A DNA stretch of 64,000 nucleotides from Octopus sinensis (GCF_006345805.1 NC_043017.1:11284001-11348000), one strand, 5' to 3'; shown: positions 25,954 to 41,061, counted from the first letter of the stretch. Notes: generated by a model from the letters alone, not told the origin. Numbers and translations are program-made.

Positions 25954-26065
25954 GGGGCTGGGAAGCCAGGGGCTGGGAAGCCAGGGGCTGGGAAGCCAGG
26001 GGCTGGGAAGCCAGGGGCTGGGAAGCCAGGGGCTGGGAAGCCAGGGGCTGGGAAGCCAGGGGCTG
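25954..26065 (+). repeat. 15-bp G-rich minisatellite (GGGGCTGGGAAGCCA) x7 plus partial, inside a family B copy
   Basis: Seven exact units counted. It replaces the single GGGGTCTGGGAAGCCAGAAGGCTG segment seen in other copies such as 25099-25460. Confidence 0.92.
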
Positions 26066-26135
26066 CACCAGGTTCCAGTCTGATCTGGCAGTGTTTCTAC
26101 AGCTGGATGCCCTTCCTAACGCCAACCACTCCGCG

Positions 26136-26193
<58 letters not shown>

Positions 26194-28521
26194 ACACACA
26201 CACACATGCACGCACACACACACATTTATATATCTGGATAGTCACATCACCTCATCGTACCTTGTTTGCCCACCTTATAATGACCTCCACCTGATATGTG
26301 TCTTACATTATTTAATGGCTATGTTACCTGTTTCTGTCCTCGTTCTTGATCTCTTGGCCGGGTAACCACGTACTTCCCCTACAGCAAGACTCCTGTTTCT
26401 GTCTCTCTGTCACACTCTAACCTTTCATCATCTGTCACAAGATCATCTCGTCTAGTGTCCCCTTCCCCTCTCACAGGATCTTTGTCTTGCAAGTTACCTA
26501 GTGACCCTGCCATGTAAAAAGCACCCAGTCCACCTTATAAAGTGGTTGGTGTTTGGAAGGGCATCCAGCTGTAAAAACCCTGCCAAAACTGACCTCACTT
26601 GTGCTCGTACCATGTAAAAAGTACTCAGTCCTCTCTCCAGAATGGGTGATATTTGGAAGTCTGGTGCAGTCATCTGCCTGGTCAGCTCCTGTCAAACTGT
26701 CCAACCCACACCACCATGGAAAGTGGATGTTAAATTACAATGATGATGATGATATATATATATATATATATACACACATACACATGTTTATCTATCTATA
26801 TATATATATATATATAAGCATTTAGACATCTACATGTATTGTGTGTACTTCTGCTCCTTATAGGAAATGGGTACAGACATGTTGTATGGTTAAGTAATTC
26901 ACTTTGCAACAATTTCTTTGTGAGTGGAGTTCAGCAGACAGAAACTGTGCAGAAGCCTGCAGTGTGTGTGTGTGATTATAGCTTTTACTATTTTATATTT
27001 TTTGGAAAATGGGGAAACCAGAGTTTTTTCAGCCAAGTCTTTTGGGTGATGGTTAGTTCATTTGTCAACCTGTCCAGCACAAAGAAACAATATTGTTTAT
27101 TAGGGGACAGACTGTTGTGAGACACCATTGATTAACCTCTGACAAGACACAACAATTTGTTGCAAGAAAAGATTTTTTGTTTTGTTTTTTTTTTGTTTTT
27201 CGTTTTTGTGAAATAATGTTTGGTTGAGAAGATGGCTTCTCTTAAAACAACAGCCAAGATTGTGAATAGTTTGGATGCCTAACATACACTATTGTATCGG
27301 ATCAATACGATCACTCACATCATCAGATCAAATCAACTGCTACTCAGTATTTCAATTTCATAATTAATCTGTGACTTTATAACTTTCAATTATTTTATTT
27401 GTCAGTTTTTGTTTTTTTTTCCAGTTGAATTAATCACTTTCTGTGTGTTCTCAGGATTGCTGTTGATTTTGTGTTTGTCTAAAACTAAAATCTATTTCCT
27501 TTATTTTCTGTTTTTGTTTATTATTATTATTATTTTTATTTTAGGAATTACGAAGTCATTTTAATTATCCAAGAGAAATTTTAGAGATGAATCAGTTGTC
27601 TTTTCCTTTTTAGTTATTACTGTCATGTTCTTAGAGTCTAATTTAGGCACAAGGCCAGCAGTACTTGACTGGTACTTTATTTATCGGCCCTGAAAAGATA
27701 ACTTCAGTGGGATTGGAACTCAGAATGTAAAGAGCTACAAGAAATACTAAAAAAAAAAAAAGTTGCTTTGGAATATTTCTTCAAGCTCGTGAGGTTTCTG
27801 AGATCAAACCTTGCTGAAGTCAACTGTGCCTTTCACCCTTTCATCATCATCATCATCATCGTCACTGTCACCGTCATCAAACCCTGGATACTGCTGACTG
27901 AGATCACCTCCCCTTCCAGAATGGGACACCGCTCCATCACAGGGTCGCTTGTTTACAGCTGAGTGACGTGGACCAATGTAAAATGAAGTGTTTTGCCCAA
28001 AACCTCAAGGCACCACCTGGTCCAGGAATTGAGACCATGATCTTGCAGTCATGAGTAGGCTATGCATCTTCACTTCCATCCTATTGCAATTGACAAAATA
28101 AAGTAGAAGTCAAGTACTGGGGTTGCTCGTATAGACTGATCCTTTCACATGAAAATTATTAGCCTTGTGCTTTATATTAGTAAAAAATTATTATTATTAT
28201 TATGTTCCGTAAACTTGACCATTTTCCATTTTGGATTGAAGATTTTAGCTGCTACTTTAAAAATAAAGCAAGTGGCAATTAATGCCCAATTAATTACTTC
28301 AACCACTTTCAATTAATTAGCGTCTTCTACTTGTTATGTAAACAGATGTGATATTTAAATATAATTTTTAACTAAAATTTTTTTTATGAAAGAAACCATA
28401 AAAGTATGTAACATTTTCTGCTGGCGTTGTATTGGGGAAATAAAGTATAAAATTTTAGAGAGAAAAGTTATATTTGATAATTACGATACGAATAGTATTC
28501 TTGATGGCTTTTATTCTATAA

Positions 28522-28848
<327 letters not shown>

Positions 28849-29423
28849 TAATTGAATGCTTCATTTGATAAGATTTGACAAGTCTTTCTTGATGGTCACG
28901 GATTTTACTTGTTTTAAAATTCCGAGGATGACGATGATGATGATGCTGGCAGTGGTGGTGGTTCTTTGTCATTGTTATTTTGGTGTAAGGCCAGCAATTT
29001 TGAAGAGGTGAGGATAAAATAAGTACCAGTGCTCAACTGGTGTTTATTGAACCCAAAAATATGAAATGGAAACCCGAGAGAAATGCCACCAAGCATTTTC
29101 TCTGGCACAGTAATGATCTGCGTGCTTGTCTTTAATAATAATAATTGTAATAATAATACTGGCAGTATTGTCAGAATCAGACAAAGTACCTTGCACTAAT
29201 ATTTAATTATTTTCAGCACCCCTTTGTATGTTCCAAACACCAGTTAAATAATGACAAAATTATTTTAGGAAATTCTTCATTATGTACGAAATTGATTGCA
29301 ACAAAGGCAGCATATTTCAAGAGGAATATGGTTACAAAATGGCTAAAGGGATCGGAAGAATCCTTTAGCTGTTGTCTTGCTGAGGACGTAACCATGTCTC
29401 TGGTGCTGGTGCCATGTAAGTAA

Positions 29424-29765
<342 letters not shown>

Positions 29766-30116
29766 TAGCCCCAGACTGACCTATGCCTTGTGAGTGCATA
29801 TGATTCTGGGAAACAGTAGGAAGCCCATTGTGTGTATGTGTGTGTGTGTGTGTGTGTGTATGCATAAATATCGATTTGCTAGAAACAGCAGCCGGATCTC
29901 CCTCAAATCCCTCCTCACCTTTGAAAACAAAAAAAAAAAGATGTGTGGAACACTGTTTATTGCATATCTGCTGATTTTGTTTCAAGACTGATCTAGGGTA
30001 GGGGCTAACCACTAAGGGGCCTTTAATTAAGTGATAACTACAAAACCCTTTTAAATATGTATTCCTTTTCTTGTTTGTTATTTGTTATTACATCATTTAA
30101 TGAAATGTCTTTTCAG

Positions 30117-30176
30117 AATATTGATTGGGATGCATTACTCATGAAGAGAACAAGACCTCCGTTTACACCTACAGTG
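30117..30176 (+). CDS. PKN: PKN exon: start of AGC C-tail
   Basis: ttttcag / gtcagt. NIDWDALLMKRTRPPFTPTV contains the PPFxP motif. Confidence 0.95.
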
Positions 30177-30926
30177 GTCAGTTTTGGCATTTATTTACTT
30201 CTGTCTTTCTTTCTTTCACATGATGATGATGATGATGATGAAAGTTTAAAGAAAATTTTACAATTTACTTTCATTTCAAAATCTCTCCCTCTCCTCCTCC
30301 CCTGTATCCCCACTCTCCCTTTCTCTCCTCTCCATCTCTCTCTCCTCCTCTTTCTCCCCCTCTCTTTTATATATATATATATATATAAGGTGTGTATTCT
30401 TTGCTTCCCAACCTTATGGTTCTAGGTTCAGTCCCACTGCCTTGCACCTTGTGCGAGTGGCTTCTACTAAAACCTTGGGCCTACCAAAGCCTTTTGAGTA
30501 GATTTGGTAGATGGAAACTGAAAGAAGCCTGTTATGTGTGTGTCTTTGTGTTTCTGTTTGTTCCCCACTACCACTTGACAACCGGTACTGGCTTGTTTAT
30601 GTCATTGTAACCTAGCAGTTTGGCCAAAAGAGATTGATCAAATAAGCACCAGGCTTTGCATTACAGATCTCTAGGAACAAGAAGCACCCAGTACACTCTG
30701 TAAACTTGTTGGTGTTAGGAAGGGCATCCAGCCATAGAAACCAGGCCACAAAACAGATTGTGGAACCTGGTAGAGCTCCAAGCCTCGCCAGTTCCTCTTA
30801 AACTGTCCAACCGAAGATTTCTTATATCCTATGCATGAACTTGATTCACATATTCCTTGCTTTACCCAAAACAACTCCTTTTGTTGATTAGGTTTTCTTT
30901 ATTCCATATTTTGTATTCCCTGTTAA

Positions 30927-31146
30927 CCCTTTCGTTACTGTATTTATTTTGAGATGCTCTGTGCTTCTTTCAATTACTTTAAATACAACAAAGAATTTAG
31001 TAAAATAACTTAGTTATCATTAAGCTAGTGTTAGGAACATAAATTGTGACTAAGGTTTAGTGGGAGATTTATATTCAAAACTTATGAAAATGAGACATTT
31101 GTACTCAGAGCCAGAGCCGGTTTCAGCCGGGTTGGTAACGAAAGGG
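30927..31146 (-). mobile_element. piggyBac-like MITE (220 bp) in the last PKN intron
   Basis: CCCTTTCGTTAC ... GTAACGAAAGGG with TTAA on both sides. Confidence 0.85.
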
Positions 31147-31237
31147 TTAAATACTTGTATGAAGACAGCTTGTGTTTCTTTGTCTTTCTACCTCTATGTT
31201 TGTATAAGTATTTTTTTCTTTTTGTTCTTAATTCTAG

Positions 31238-31381
<144 letters not shown>

Positions 31382-32435
31382 CGATGACCACCACCACCAC
31401 CACCACCCCCAGCATCTTCAGATGTACTCTCCCCTACATAAAATTAATTACAACCAGAATAAGGGGAAAAAAAAGATAATAAAGCAGTTGTTACCAAAAA
31501 AAAAAAGAATTAAAATAAAATATACAAATCCAACATAAACAAAGGAAAGAATTCTCTGACCGTTACGCAACTGGCTGTGAGCAAGTGTTTTTTGTCCCCT
31601 CCCCCCACCTGCACACAGCCTGGGCCCCTATCAAGACTTGTCTTCTCAACATAAGAATTTTAAGCTTCTCAATTTTTCTAGGGACAACCTAAATTTGGTT
31701 ATGTCTATTTTTTTTTCTTTTTACAGTTGCATATGTCTTGTCTGTGTGTGCATGTATGCCTCTGTTTTTAAGTGTAATACAGTGTGTATGTGTGTGTGTG
31801 TGTGTGTGTGTGTATATTTGTATAATGTAATATCTATTCAGAGTCAGAGAGGAGTGGGGGTTAAATTATCCAATACATACATATTGAAAACTAAAATCCC
31901 TTTTCTGTCTTGCATTTATTTTTTTTTTATTTTATTTTTTTTTATTTTTTTTTTTTGGCAGAAAGATGCAAAAAAAAATTTTTTAAATTAACTATGGACT
32001 CATTTTTTGTGCTGATTTTAAAATTACTGAAAAAGAAGAAAAAAAAATATTAATAATTTTGAAAATAAAAATAAATAAAATAAGGGGTGGGGTGCAGGGA
32101 TATATATATAAAAAAAATTAAAACAAAAGAAAAAGCGTAGGAAATTTGAGAAAAAAAAAAAAGGAAAGAAAAATTCATGATAACCTGATGTTCTTTGGTT
32201 ATTGAATTCTTGTGGGAGGGAAGTGTTTTCCTAAAATTGAAAATGGACAAAGAGAAAAGGGGGAAAAGAAATTTTAAAAATTGTCAGCAGGGGGTGGGGT
32301 TGGGTGGAAGGGAAATTTCTGTGTCGAGATGGTTGGGGTTTTTTTTTTATGTGTTTGGTTTTGTTTTTTGTTTTGTTGTTGATGTATGTCTATGAAAATA
32401 AATATGTATTTCTATATATATATGTATATATTCAT

Positions 32436-32480
<45 letters not shown>

Positions 32481-32915
32481 TATATATACAATGATAAATC
32501 TCAGAGCGAGTTATAACCTTATGGGTTAGCCATATTCAAATGGCAATATGCATCACTATATATATATATATATATACTGTCATGTATGTTTAATTGGAAC
32601 GTAAAGCTATTTTGGTGAACATGTAAAATAACAATATTATTATGATGATTATTATTATTATTATTATTGTTATTATTATTATGTAATAAGTCATGAAATC
32701 TAAACTTGTGTCAAGTCTTTTTTGTATATTAATGATAGTGGTTGACTTTTAAAGTGCTTGTTTCATTTACTATGCGTTGTAAATGGAAACTGGAATATGA
32801 AAAAAAGAAAAAGAAACAATAGAAAAATATAATATATAATATGGTCTTTTTTTTTTTTTGTCCTTCCCTATTTAAATTTTTAGTTAGTCCTCTCTTCGTT
32901 TCTTAAAAAAAATGA

Positions 32916-32983
<68 letters not shown>

Positions 32984-33200
32984 ACATACATGTGTGTGTG
33001 TATATATATATATATACATACGTGCATACATAAGTGTATGGAATGTAAAAATTCTGCTATAAGTTCTCATTAATTTCAATGTTCTCATTAATTTCAATTT
33101 CAATTTCAAAATTGATTTTGGAAGTCAAAAAAAAAAAAAGAGAGAAAAAAGAAAAAAAGAGCTTGGTTGTCTCAAAGTTCTATTGATAAAATGAATAAAT
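31382..33200 (+). other. Probable PKN 3' UTR (A/U-rich), end uncertain
   Basis: Follows the stop codon; non-repeat A/T-rich sequence with several AATAAA hexamers (near 32397, 32915, 33192). True polyA site unknown. Confidence 0.45.
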
Positions 33201-33311
33201 ATATATATATATTAAAAAAAATTATGAGCAACAAACAATTTTTGCCTTTTTTGTTGTTTTTTTTGTGTTAATATTTCTTTAAGTGTTTTGGATCCAGTAT
33301 AGCTCTTAGCT

Positions 33312-33689
33312 GTGGAAGCACTCCGTCGGTTACGACAATGAGGGTGCCAGTTGATCCGAATCAACGGAACAGCCTGCTTGTGAAATTAACGTGTAAGTGG
33401 CTGAGCACTCCACAGACACGTGCACCCTTAACGTAGTTCTCAGGGATATTCAGCGTGACACAGAGAGTGACAAGGCCGGCCCCTTGAAATACAGGTACAA
33501 CAGAAACAGGAAGTAAGAGTGGAGTGAGAGAAAGTTGTGGTGAAAGAGTACAACAGGGGTCGCCACCACCCCCTGCCGGAGGCCTCGTGGAGCTTTAGGT
33601 GTTTTCGCTCAATAAACACACACAACGCCTGGTCTGGGAATCGAAACCCCGAGTCCGCTGCCCTAACCACTGGGCCATTGCGCCTCCAC
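33312..33689 (-). mobile_element. tRNA(Arg)-like-head SINE, tail type 2
   Basis: Head GGAGGCGCAATGGCCCAGTGGTTAGGGCAGCGGACTC; tail shared with 45355-45675. Confidence 0.8.
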
Positions 33690-35314
33690 AGCTCTTTGCT
33701 GTATGCCTTGTTCAATAAGTCAGTCTTCTCTCTTTCTCTCTCTCTCTCTCTCTTTCTTGTCAAATCTTTTATCTTTTACTTGTGTCAGCCATGGTGGGGC
33801 ACCACCTTGAAGGGTTTAGGGGAACAAATCTACCACAGTACTTATTTTTTATTTGTTTTTAAGTCTAATATTTATTCTGCTTTTTTTTTTGCTTTTTACT
33901 ACATGGTCCCTTGTTCAATCCCAATGTATAGCACCTTCAGCAAGTATCTTCTACTATAGCCCCAAGATTTCCAAAGGCTTGCGAATGGATTTGGTCAATG
34001 AAAACTGAAAGAAGCTTGTCATGTGTCAGTGTTTGTTTGCCATCACAGCTTGACAACTGGTGTTGGTTTATTTATGTTACCAAACTTGGTGGTTTGGCAT
34101 AAGAGATTGATAGATTTAGTACCAAGTTTTTTTTTTTTAAAGTGGGGTCAATTCATTTAACTAAAGTTCATTGAGGTGGTGCTCCAGCATGGCCGCAGTC
34201 TAATGACAGAAACAAGTAAAAGATTAAAGATTTTAAATTTAAATTCTCTATGCAAATTTAATATTACAGTGATGACTTGAAGAAAAAGCTTCAGTGGAAT
34301 TGGTCTGGTTGTAAAATTTTTCGAAATTTGAATTACCATATTTTCTTGTGTATAAGTTGCATGTCTTGCAAACAACTTGCACATGCAAGTGCTACCAGTC
34401 AAAAGCTCCGTATACCAGAAGCCAGCAAGTGTATGGGGTCATCAGGAGAGAATGCGCACCGGCCCCCGCTTGCTAGATCAGCTGGTTATGAAGTTAAACT
34501 CAATATCCTTCTAGCCATCGCTCATCGTCTCTTTTTAACCGAATCCAGTGGCTAGCCTTCTCCACTGTAGATTGGATATCAGTCATGGTGGTATTGACTT
34601 TACGATGAGTTCGGCCTAGCGATAACAACAGTGGTCTCACGCTGTGTCCAACAAACCCTCTACATCCGGCTTCATTTATTTAGTGTTAAAATTTGGTACA
34701 AAATATTTTTCACTTTTTATCCTGTTTATGTTTGTTTTCCAGTTTCAGCTCTTGAGCTGTGGCCATGCTGGGGCACCACCATTTACATGTATAATTTTCT
34801 TCGCAGTTTTTCAGTTAAAAATCAACTATAAAATAAAGCGGCAAGAACATCCCGTTATGTAAAAGATGGACAAACATTTATGACATCAAAAGTTACACTT
34901 ATGAAAATATAATTGAGATTAAGAAGAAAAATATAAAATAATTTAAAGAAGGCTTTCAAAGTAGGTATACTGTTACATATGCGAAAATATAATTGAGAAA
35001 AAAGATTACTCCATGGTAATTCTTTACAGCTGTTTCAAGGATTTGGTGACAATGCAACATGACATTGAAATAGCTAGAATTAATATTGGATTGAAATTTT
35101 AGCATAAGGCCAGTAATTTTGGTGGAGGGGAGGGGGGTAAGTCTTTTACATTGACCCCCAGTGCTCAGCTGGTTCTTATTTTATCAACCCCGAAAGAATG
35201 AAGGGCTGTCGACAGTGTTGGAATGTAAGAATGGACAAAATAGCACTAAGCATTTGGTCCAGCATGGTAACAATTCTGACTGTCCATCACTTTAAAGCTA
35301 AGACCAAGATCAAC

Positions 35315-35898
35315 ATACCTATTTCTTTACTACCCACAAGGAGCTAAACACAGAGACGACAAACGGATTAAGTCGATTATATTGACCCCAGTGCGTGACT
35401 GGTACTTAATTTATCGACCCTGAAAGGATGAAAGTCGACCTCAGCGGAATTTGAACTCAGAACGTAACAGCAGACAAGATACCCATTTCTTTACTACCCA
35501 CAAGGGGCTAAACACAGAGGAGACAAACATGAACAGACAAATGGATTAAGTCGATTACATCGACCCCAGTGCGTAACTGGTACTTAATTTATCGACCCCG
35601 AAAGGATGAAAGGCAAAGTCGACCTCAGCGGAATTTGAACTCAGAACGTAACAGCAGACAAAATACCCATTTCTTTACTACCCACAAGGGGCTAAACACA
35701 GAGGAGACAAACATGAACAGACAAACGGATTAAGTCGATTACATCGACCCCAGTGCGTAACTGGTACTTAATTTATCGACCCCGAAAGGATGAAAGGCAA
35801 AGTCGACCTCAGTGGAATTTGAACTCAGAACCTAAAAGCAGACGAAATACCACTAAGCATTTCGCCCAGCGTGCTAACGTTTCTGCCAGCTCGCCGCC
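35315..35898 (-). mobile_element. Family C SINE trimer (reverse orientation)
   Basis: One full head at the 35898 end and three tandem units; two are 184 bp apart, the third has small deletions. Confidence 0.88.
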
Positions 35899-36119
35899 TT
35901 ATCAACATACCATCACCTGCAGCCAGTCACTGTAACTGTGACCATTCATGGCTTTGGCAAGACATGAGAAGCTTTCTCTATTATGGTCAGTCTTTCATTT
36001 AGGTTTGCCGTTTATCATGTTCAGTTCCTTTCCCTCTCAGATTCCATTTTTGCAATATCTTTGAATCTCAGTCTAAGTCTTACATGGTTTTTTTTTCCCC
36101 CACCTTTGCATAGTTGGGA

Positions 36120-36315
36120 GTAAAAGAGCTTTCTGGGGAATCAGCAGTTGTCCATCCTGTATACGTGACCCACCCTACGTAAATTTCTATCCATGAGGAA
36201 TTCCATTATCGGAGGCAGACCAGCTTGCCAGAGGATCTCTTCATTCCTGATCTTGACAAAGAGAATGATATTCAAGATTTGTCTCAGCTGTCTCATCATA
36301 TACTTCTTGGTCTCA
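36120..36315 (-). mobile_element. RTE-like LINE ORF2 C-terminal remnant
   Basis: IRNEEILWQAGLPPIMEFLMDRNLRRVGHVYRM resembles the RTE I.NEE.L......LRW.GHV.RM pattern. Confidence 0.65.
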
Positions 36316-36317
36316 AG

Positions 36318-36660
36318 CATTTGTCGTATGAAGATGCTCAACCTTTATTCTCTAGAAAAACGACGACACCATGATGATCCCATTCTTGCTCACAACATCA
36401 TAAGCGGAAAGTGTAACCTCTCGAAAGAGCTGTTCTTCACTCCTGCTCCAGGTGTCGGCTGTGGGGTCACTCCGAAAATTTCTATCTGTGACGATTTCAT
36501 CTCAATCGAAGGAGAGGGGCTTTCTCCATCCGGGTTGCGGATCCGTGGAATAAGCTGCTGTACAAGATAGTGAAGATGCCGACGACCGCTCGGTTCAAAG
36601 TCTCTCTTGACCAGAAATGGCCTGAACTCTTTGCATGAACACCACCCTGTACATAACTCC
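36318..36660 (+). mobile_element. CR1-like LINE 3' remnant
   Basis: MKMLNLYSLEKRR..D.ILAHNIISGK, then a frameshifted RG.FSIRVADPWNKL. Confidence 0.7.
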
Positions 36661-38409
36661 ATGTCCCCCTACATGGCCTTGCTATTTGCTTTTTGAGCCA
36701 AAAAATTAACTTAACTTAATTTAACATATCTACTTGAGCTTTTGAGACAGTCCAGGTTTCAGCTCCATACAGCATGTAAGAAGGCACTCAAGCTTGCTAC
36801 ACATTACATCTGACACGTAGAGAAACATAAATGTCTGTTAGTCAGTTCAAGCTTTACTTGTGTCATTATAGAAATTTTAATTATGTTAGTTTATAAAATT
36901 TATTGTTAATTTTGTTTTTTAAATGATTTGTGTGTGTGTATTTTCTTTTTTAATCTCTATTACAACTCCTGGGGTTTTCATTAACTCTTTTGATACCGTC
37001 TCTCTGGAGACTCATCTGTGGTTCTTTGATGGAAATTTCCTATCTTAATGTGATCTAAATTAAAACCATCTGTTGAAATTTCATTTCAAGCACCATCTTT
37101 ATAATGACATGGTTATTTTACTAAATTCTTGTTTTGACAATTATTTGAAGCAAAGTGTATTTTAACAGTAACATGGTAACAAAAAAGGTTAAATAGACAT
37201 TCTTTAACCTTAACAGAGAATATTGAGATAACACATCATCATCATCATCATAATGCCTGTTTTCCATGCTGGCAAGGCCAAAGAGCTTGACCCAGGCTTC
37301 AGTTGTCTGGTTTGGCATAGTTTCTATGGCTGGATACCCTTCTTAATGTCAACCACTTTACAGAGGATACTGGGTACTTTACCATGGCACCTGCACTGAT
37401 AGGGTCACCAAGCAACTTGCAAGATAAAGTCCCCTTGACCAGGAGTGGGGGGGCAGAGGAGTAGTATTGAGGGAGGTGGCTTTGTGCCTGGTGATGAAAG
37501 GCTGAGCTATAATAGAAGGAGGGAAAGATATGTTGCCTTGCTGTAGAAAAGGTACAAAGATACCCCTGTTTGCAGAAGAAGGGTGAGAGAGATGTTGGTG
37601 GTGTTTGTCAGGGTATATACTGAATATACAGTGGTGGTGGAGGGGAATAGGGGTGTAGTGATAGGTCTGTGTGGGTGGGCAGTGATGGACAGATTGCTCA
37701 GTTGGTAGAGTAGAGGATTGTGGTTGGAAAACTTACTCAGCTAATGCCGAATGAAGAATAGAAAAAGTGAAAAGTTATAACATTTTGGACATAATCTTTC
37801 TTTGAATATTGGCAGAAAACCTAGGGAAAATGGAAGAGAAGAGAGGAGATAAAATCTGGCCATGCTGTTGCTTTCTTTATCATAATCTACTTATTACTTT
37901 GTATTTTATACAAAAAATGATTTGTTTGAAATGGTGTATTAAGTTCTTAATTATTTTGTGAATATATTCCAAACAAACTTCACTAGTTACGTTTCAATTA
38001 ATTTATTTAGAAAATGAAAGAATTTGGAAGGATTTGGTAAAAACTATTTTTGTTTCTAATTAGTATATTAAAATTAGCATGTAGATAATTATCTTAACGA
38101 AACATTCTTTTTACGTGAAATTATGTAAATTTTAAAATTTAAAATATTTACAAATAAACCGCTCATTGTTGGCTCTTTTTGCTGTCATTTCTCTCCCTCT
38201 CTCAATATACATATGTATATATATAAAACAAAGTAAAGTTGTAAGGTACTGCACAAGTGGAAATATATATGAAAAACATTTGAGAATGCAATTTTAAAGA
38301 CGTTTATTGACTTGACCAGTTTCACTATACACAAGACAGAAAAAGTTAGAAAGACAGGTCAGTTCTCCAATTTTTGGTAAATTGTTAAATATATCTCCTT
38401 TTGCGTGTG

Positions 38410-38459
<50 letters not shown>

Positions 38460-38545
38460 TAAATAAATGGAGTTTAACGCAGGTGTAAATCATATTTTTA
38501 CTTTCGACACATGTTAAAACAAGGTAAAAATACACTCATCTATTT

Positions 38546-38595
<50 letters not shown>

Positions 38596-39344
38596 TACCA
38601 AACAAACATGATTTTTATTGAAATCATAATACTTTTTGTTGAATACTTTCTTGTAAACTGTTTTTAACATTTTCTTAGTATTATCAAAGAATGTATAACT
38701 GTATTTTAATACTTTTGTGACAACCAGTACTTAACACAACAAAGCTTATACAAAGCTTTACATTTTACTTTTGACAATCTTTTTCTAAAAAAGTGAAACC
38801 GGTCAAGTCAATAAACATCTTTCAATCATTTAATGTCTGTTGTCCATGCTGGCGTGGGTTGAACGGTTTGACCAGAGAGGCAAGCTGGAAGGCTGCACCA
38901 GACTCCAGTCTGATTTGGCATGGCTTTCTATGGCTTGATCCTCTTCCTCATGCCAACCACCCCTAGAGTGTAATGAGTGCTTTTATGTGCCACCCGTATG
39001 GGTACCATTTGTGTGACACTGGTATCTGCCACAACTGCAATTTTACTTGGTTTGATGGGTCTTCTTCACAAGCATAATGCCAAGGTTTTGGTCATTGGTC
39101 ATTGCCTCTGTAAGGCCCAACACTCGCAAGGAACTCTTCACGGGCATCAACCACTGGCACAGGTGCCAGTTATGTGATACCAGCATCAGCGACAACTACA
39201 ATTTCACACGACTTGATGGGTCTTCTTCTTAAGCATATCGCCAAAGATCTCGGTCACTAGTCATTGCTTCTGTGATCTTTTTCTTGTTTCGGTTATTAGA
39301 CTGTGGCCATACTGGGACACCACCTTGAAAAATTTTAGTGGACC

Positions 39345-39545
39345 TTGCACCACTTGACTCTCTTCTCTTCCATATCGTTGAAACATGTCAAGGGAAAGTT
39401 GTTTCCTCGTTGTGAAAAGGTTAAAAATGATTTTCACTGTTTCTTGGCTTCAAGACCTGAGGAATTTGAAACTCGAGGGATCAGCTATTTGCTAAATAGA
39501 TGGAATTATGTTTCCAATAACAAGGGGAGATATTATCTCAATTAG
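39345..39545 (+). mobile_element. mariner transposase C-terminal remnant
   Basis: KGKLFPRCEKVKNDFHCFLASRPEEFETRGISYLLNRWNYVSNNKGRY resembles the mariner F.SKP..FY..GI..L..RW..V....G.Y pattern. Confidence 0.65.
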
Positions 39546-40364
39546 ATAAATCAAGACAAAAGAAGCATTTGTTTCCCCGATCTTGAAATGCAACAGGACT
39601 TTCTTTCCAACATAATATATATTGTGTATTTGTGTGTGTCTGGCATATATATTACATTAACAAGATGGGGGGTTTTTTTCCTCTCTCTCCACATCCTTTA
39701 TCTTTCCTGCCAATGACAACTAATTAAATCACTGTCTTTCGGTCACTGTTTTTTTTAATATTTTATTTGTAGCAAGAAAATTACTTTCAGTATAGAACAC
39801 AGCTACACACATACATACACACACACACACACAAATACATATATATAAATATATACATATATACATGCACATACATATATATATATATACACACACATAT
39901 ATACATGTACATACATACATATATATATACACACACACATATACACATGTGCTAGCTCACATACACATATGAAAATATATATACACACACACATATATAT
40001 ACACATGTACATACATATATATATACACACACATATACATGTACATACATATATATATATACACACACGCACATATATATACACACACACACACACAAAT
40101 GTGTGTGTGTGTGTATTCTATCAAGTGCTTTAATGGTAGTGGCCAGCTTCCTGTGGTAGCTATCAGGTTTCAATTTAGCTGAATGCAATTTGTATTGCGT
40201 TGAACTAAAATATAAATCTCCAGTGTTTTTGTTGAAATGCACTAGGGTTTATGACTTGAAAATGATGTCATGCTGGGTAACCTAACACTTGACTCACTTA
40301 GAACTTTTGTGCTGAAGAGATTTCTCAGAAAGTCTGTATAGCCGAGTGAAGCTGTGTGTGTGTG

Positions 40365-40400
<36 letters not shown>

Positions 40401-40421
40401 TGTGTTTGTTTTCTTGTTGCC

Positions 40422-40466
<45 letters not shown>

Positions 40467-40939
40467 CATACATACATACACACCTATATATGGATAAATG
40501 TGTGGATATATATATATAGGTGTATAAAGGTTGAATTTGGATTCATCCTTTAATTGGAGGTTTCCAAAAAAGATTTCTGATATTGATTCTTCATACTTTG
40601 CTGGGAGTTCACAGGTGTAAATTTATGAAGATATGACAGTAGTACTTGTATATAATGTATGGTGAAGTTATGGAAAGAAGTTCCATAAATCCCATAAATT
40701 TTATTTAAAATGGAGGAGACAAGTTGTTAGAATTTATAAGAAGTATTAATCCTTGCAGACGATCGCTTCGTACAGAGATATAATAATAACATAAATTCAT
40801 GATTGAATTAAATTAAATATCAACGTACTCTTCAGTGTAGGAAGGGAAGAAACCATAATACAAGGAACTTAAAAAAGAAATATAGCAGAAAAAATTGAAT
40901 CTCGGAGATTCATATTAAAGAGATGGGAGTCATGTTGGA

Positions 40940-41060
40940 TATTTAACCATAACTAACAGCTTCAATGGTTATTTGAAGATTCCTCCATCGCTCCCAATCT
41001 GATGCAAGATCTTCCCAGGTGTTAATATTGTTATTAATCTTTTTAAGTGTTTCCTTTAGA
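40940..41060 (-). mobile_element. RTE-like LINE terminal fragment
   Basis: LKETLKKINNNINTWEDLASDWERWR resembles the RTE C-terminal LK......WE.LA.DR..WR motif; cut by the adjacent hAT-like MITE. Confidence 0.55.
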
Positions 41061-41061
41061 T

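Noticed and set aside
25870-26294. ORFs with (AGKPG)n, (GWEAR)n or (QPLAS)n repeats resembling structural proteins
   Set aside because: All come from the 15-bp minisatellite inside a family B element; the flanks are microsatellite.
39729-40242. Cys/Val/Tyr/Ile-rich ORFs
   Set aside because: Translations of compound (CA)/(TA) microsatellites; the same holds for most other small ORFs in the track.
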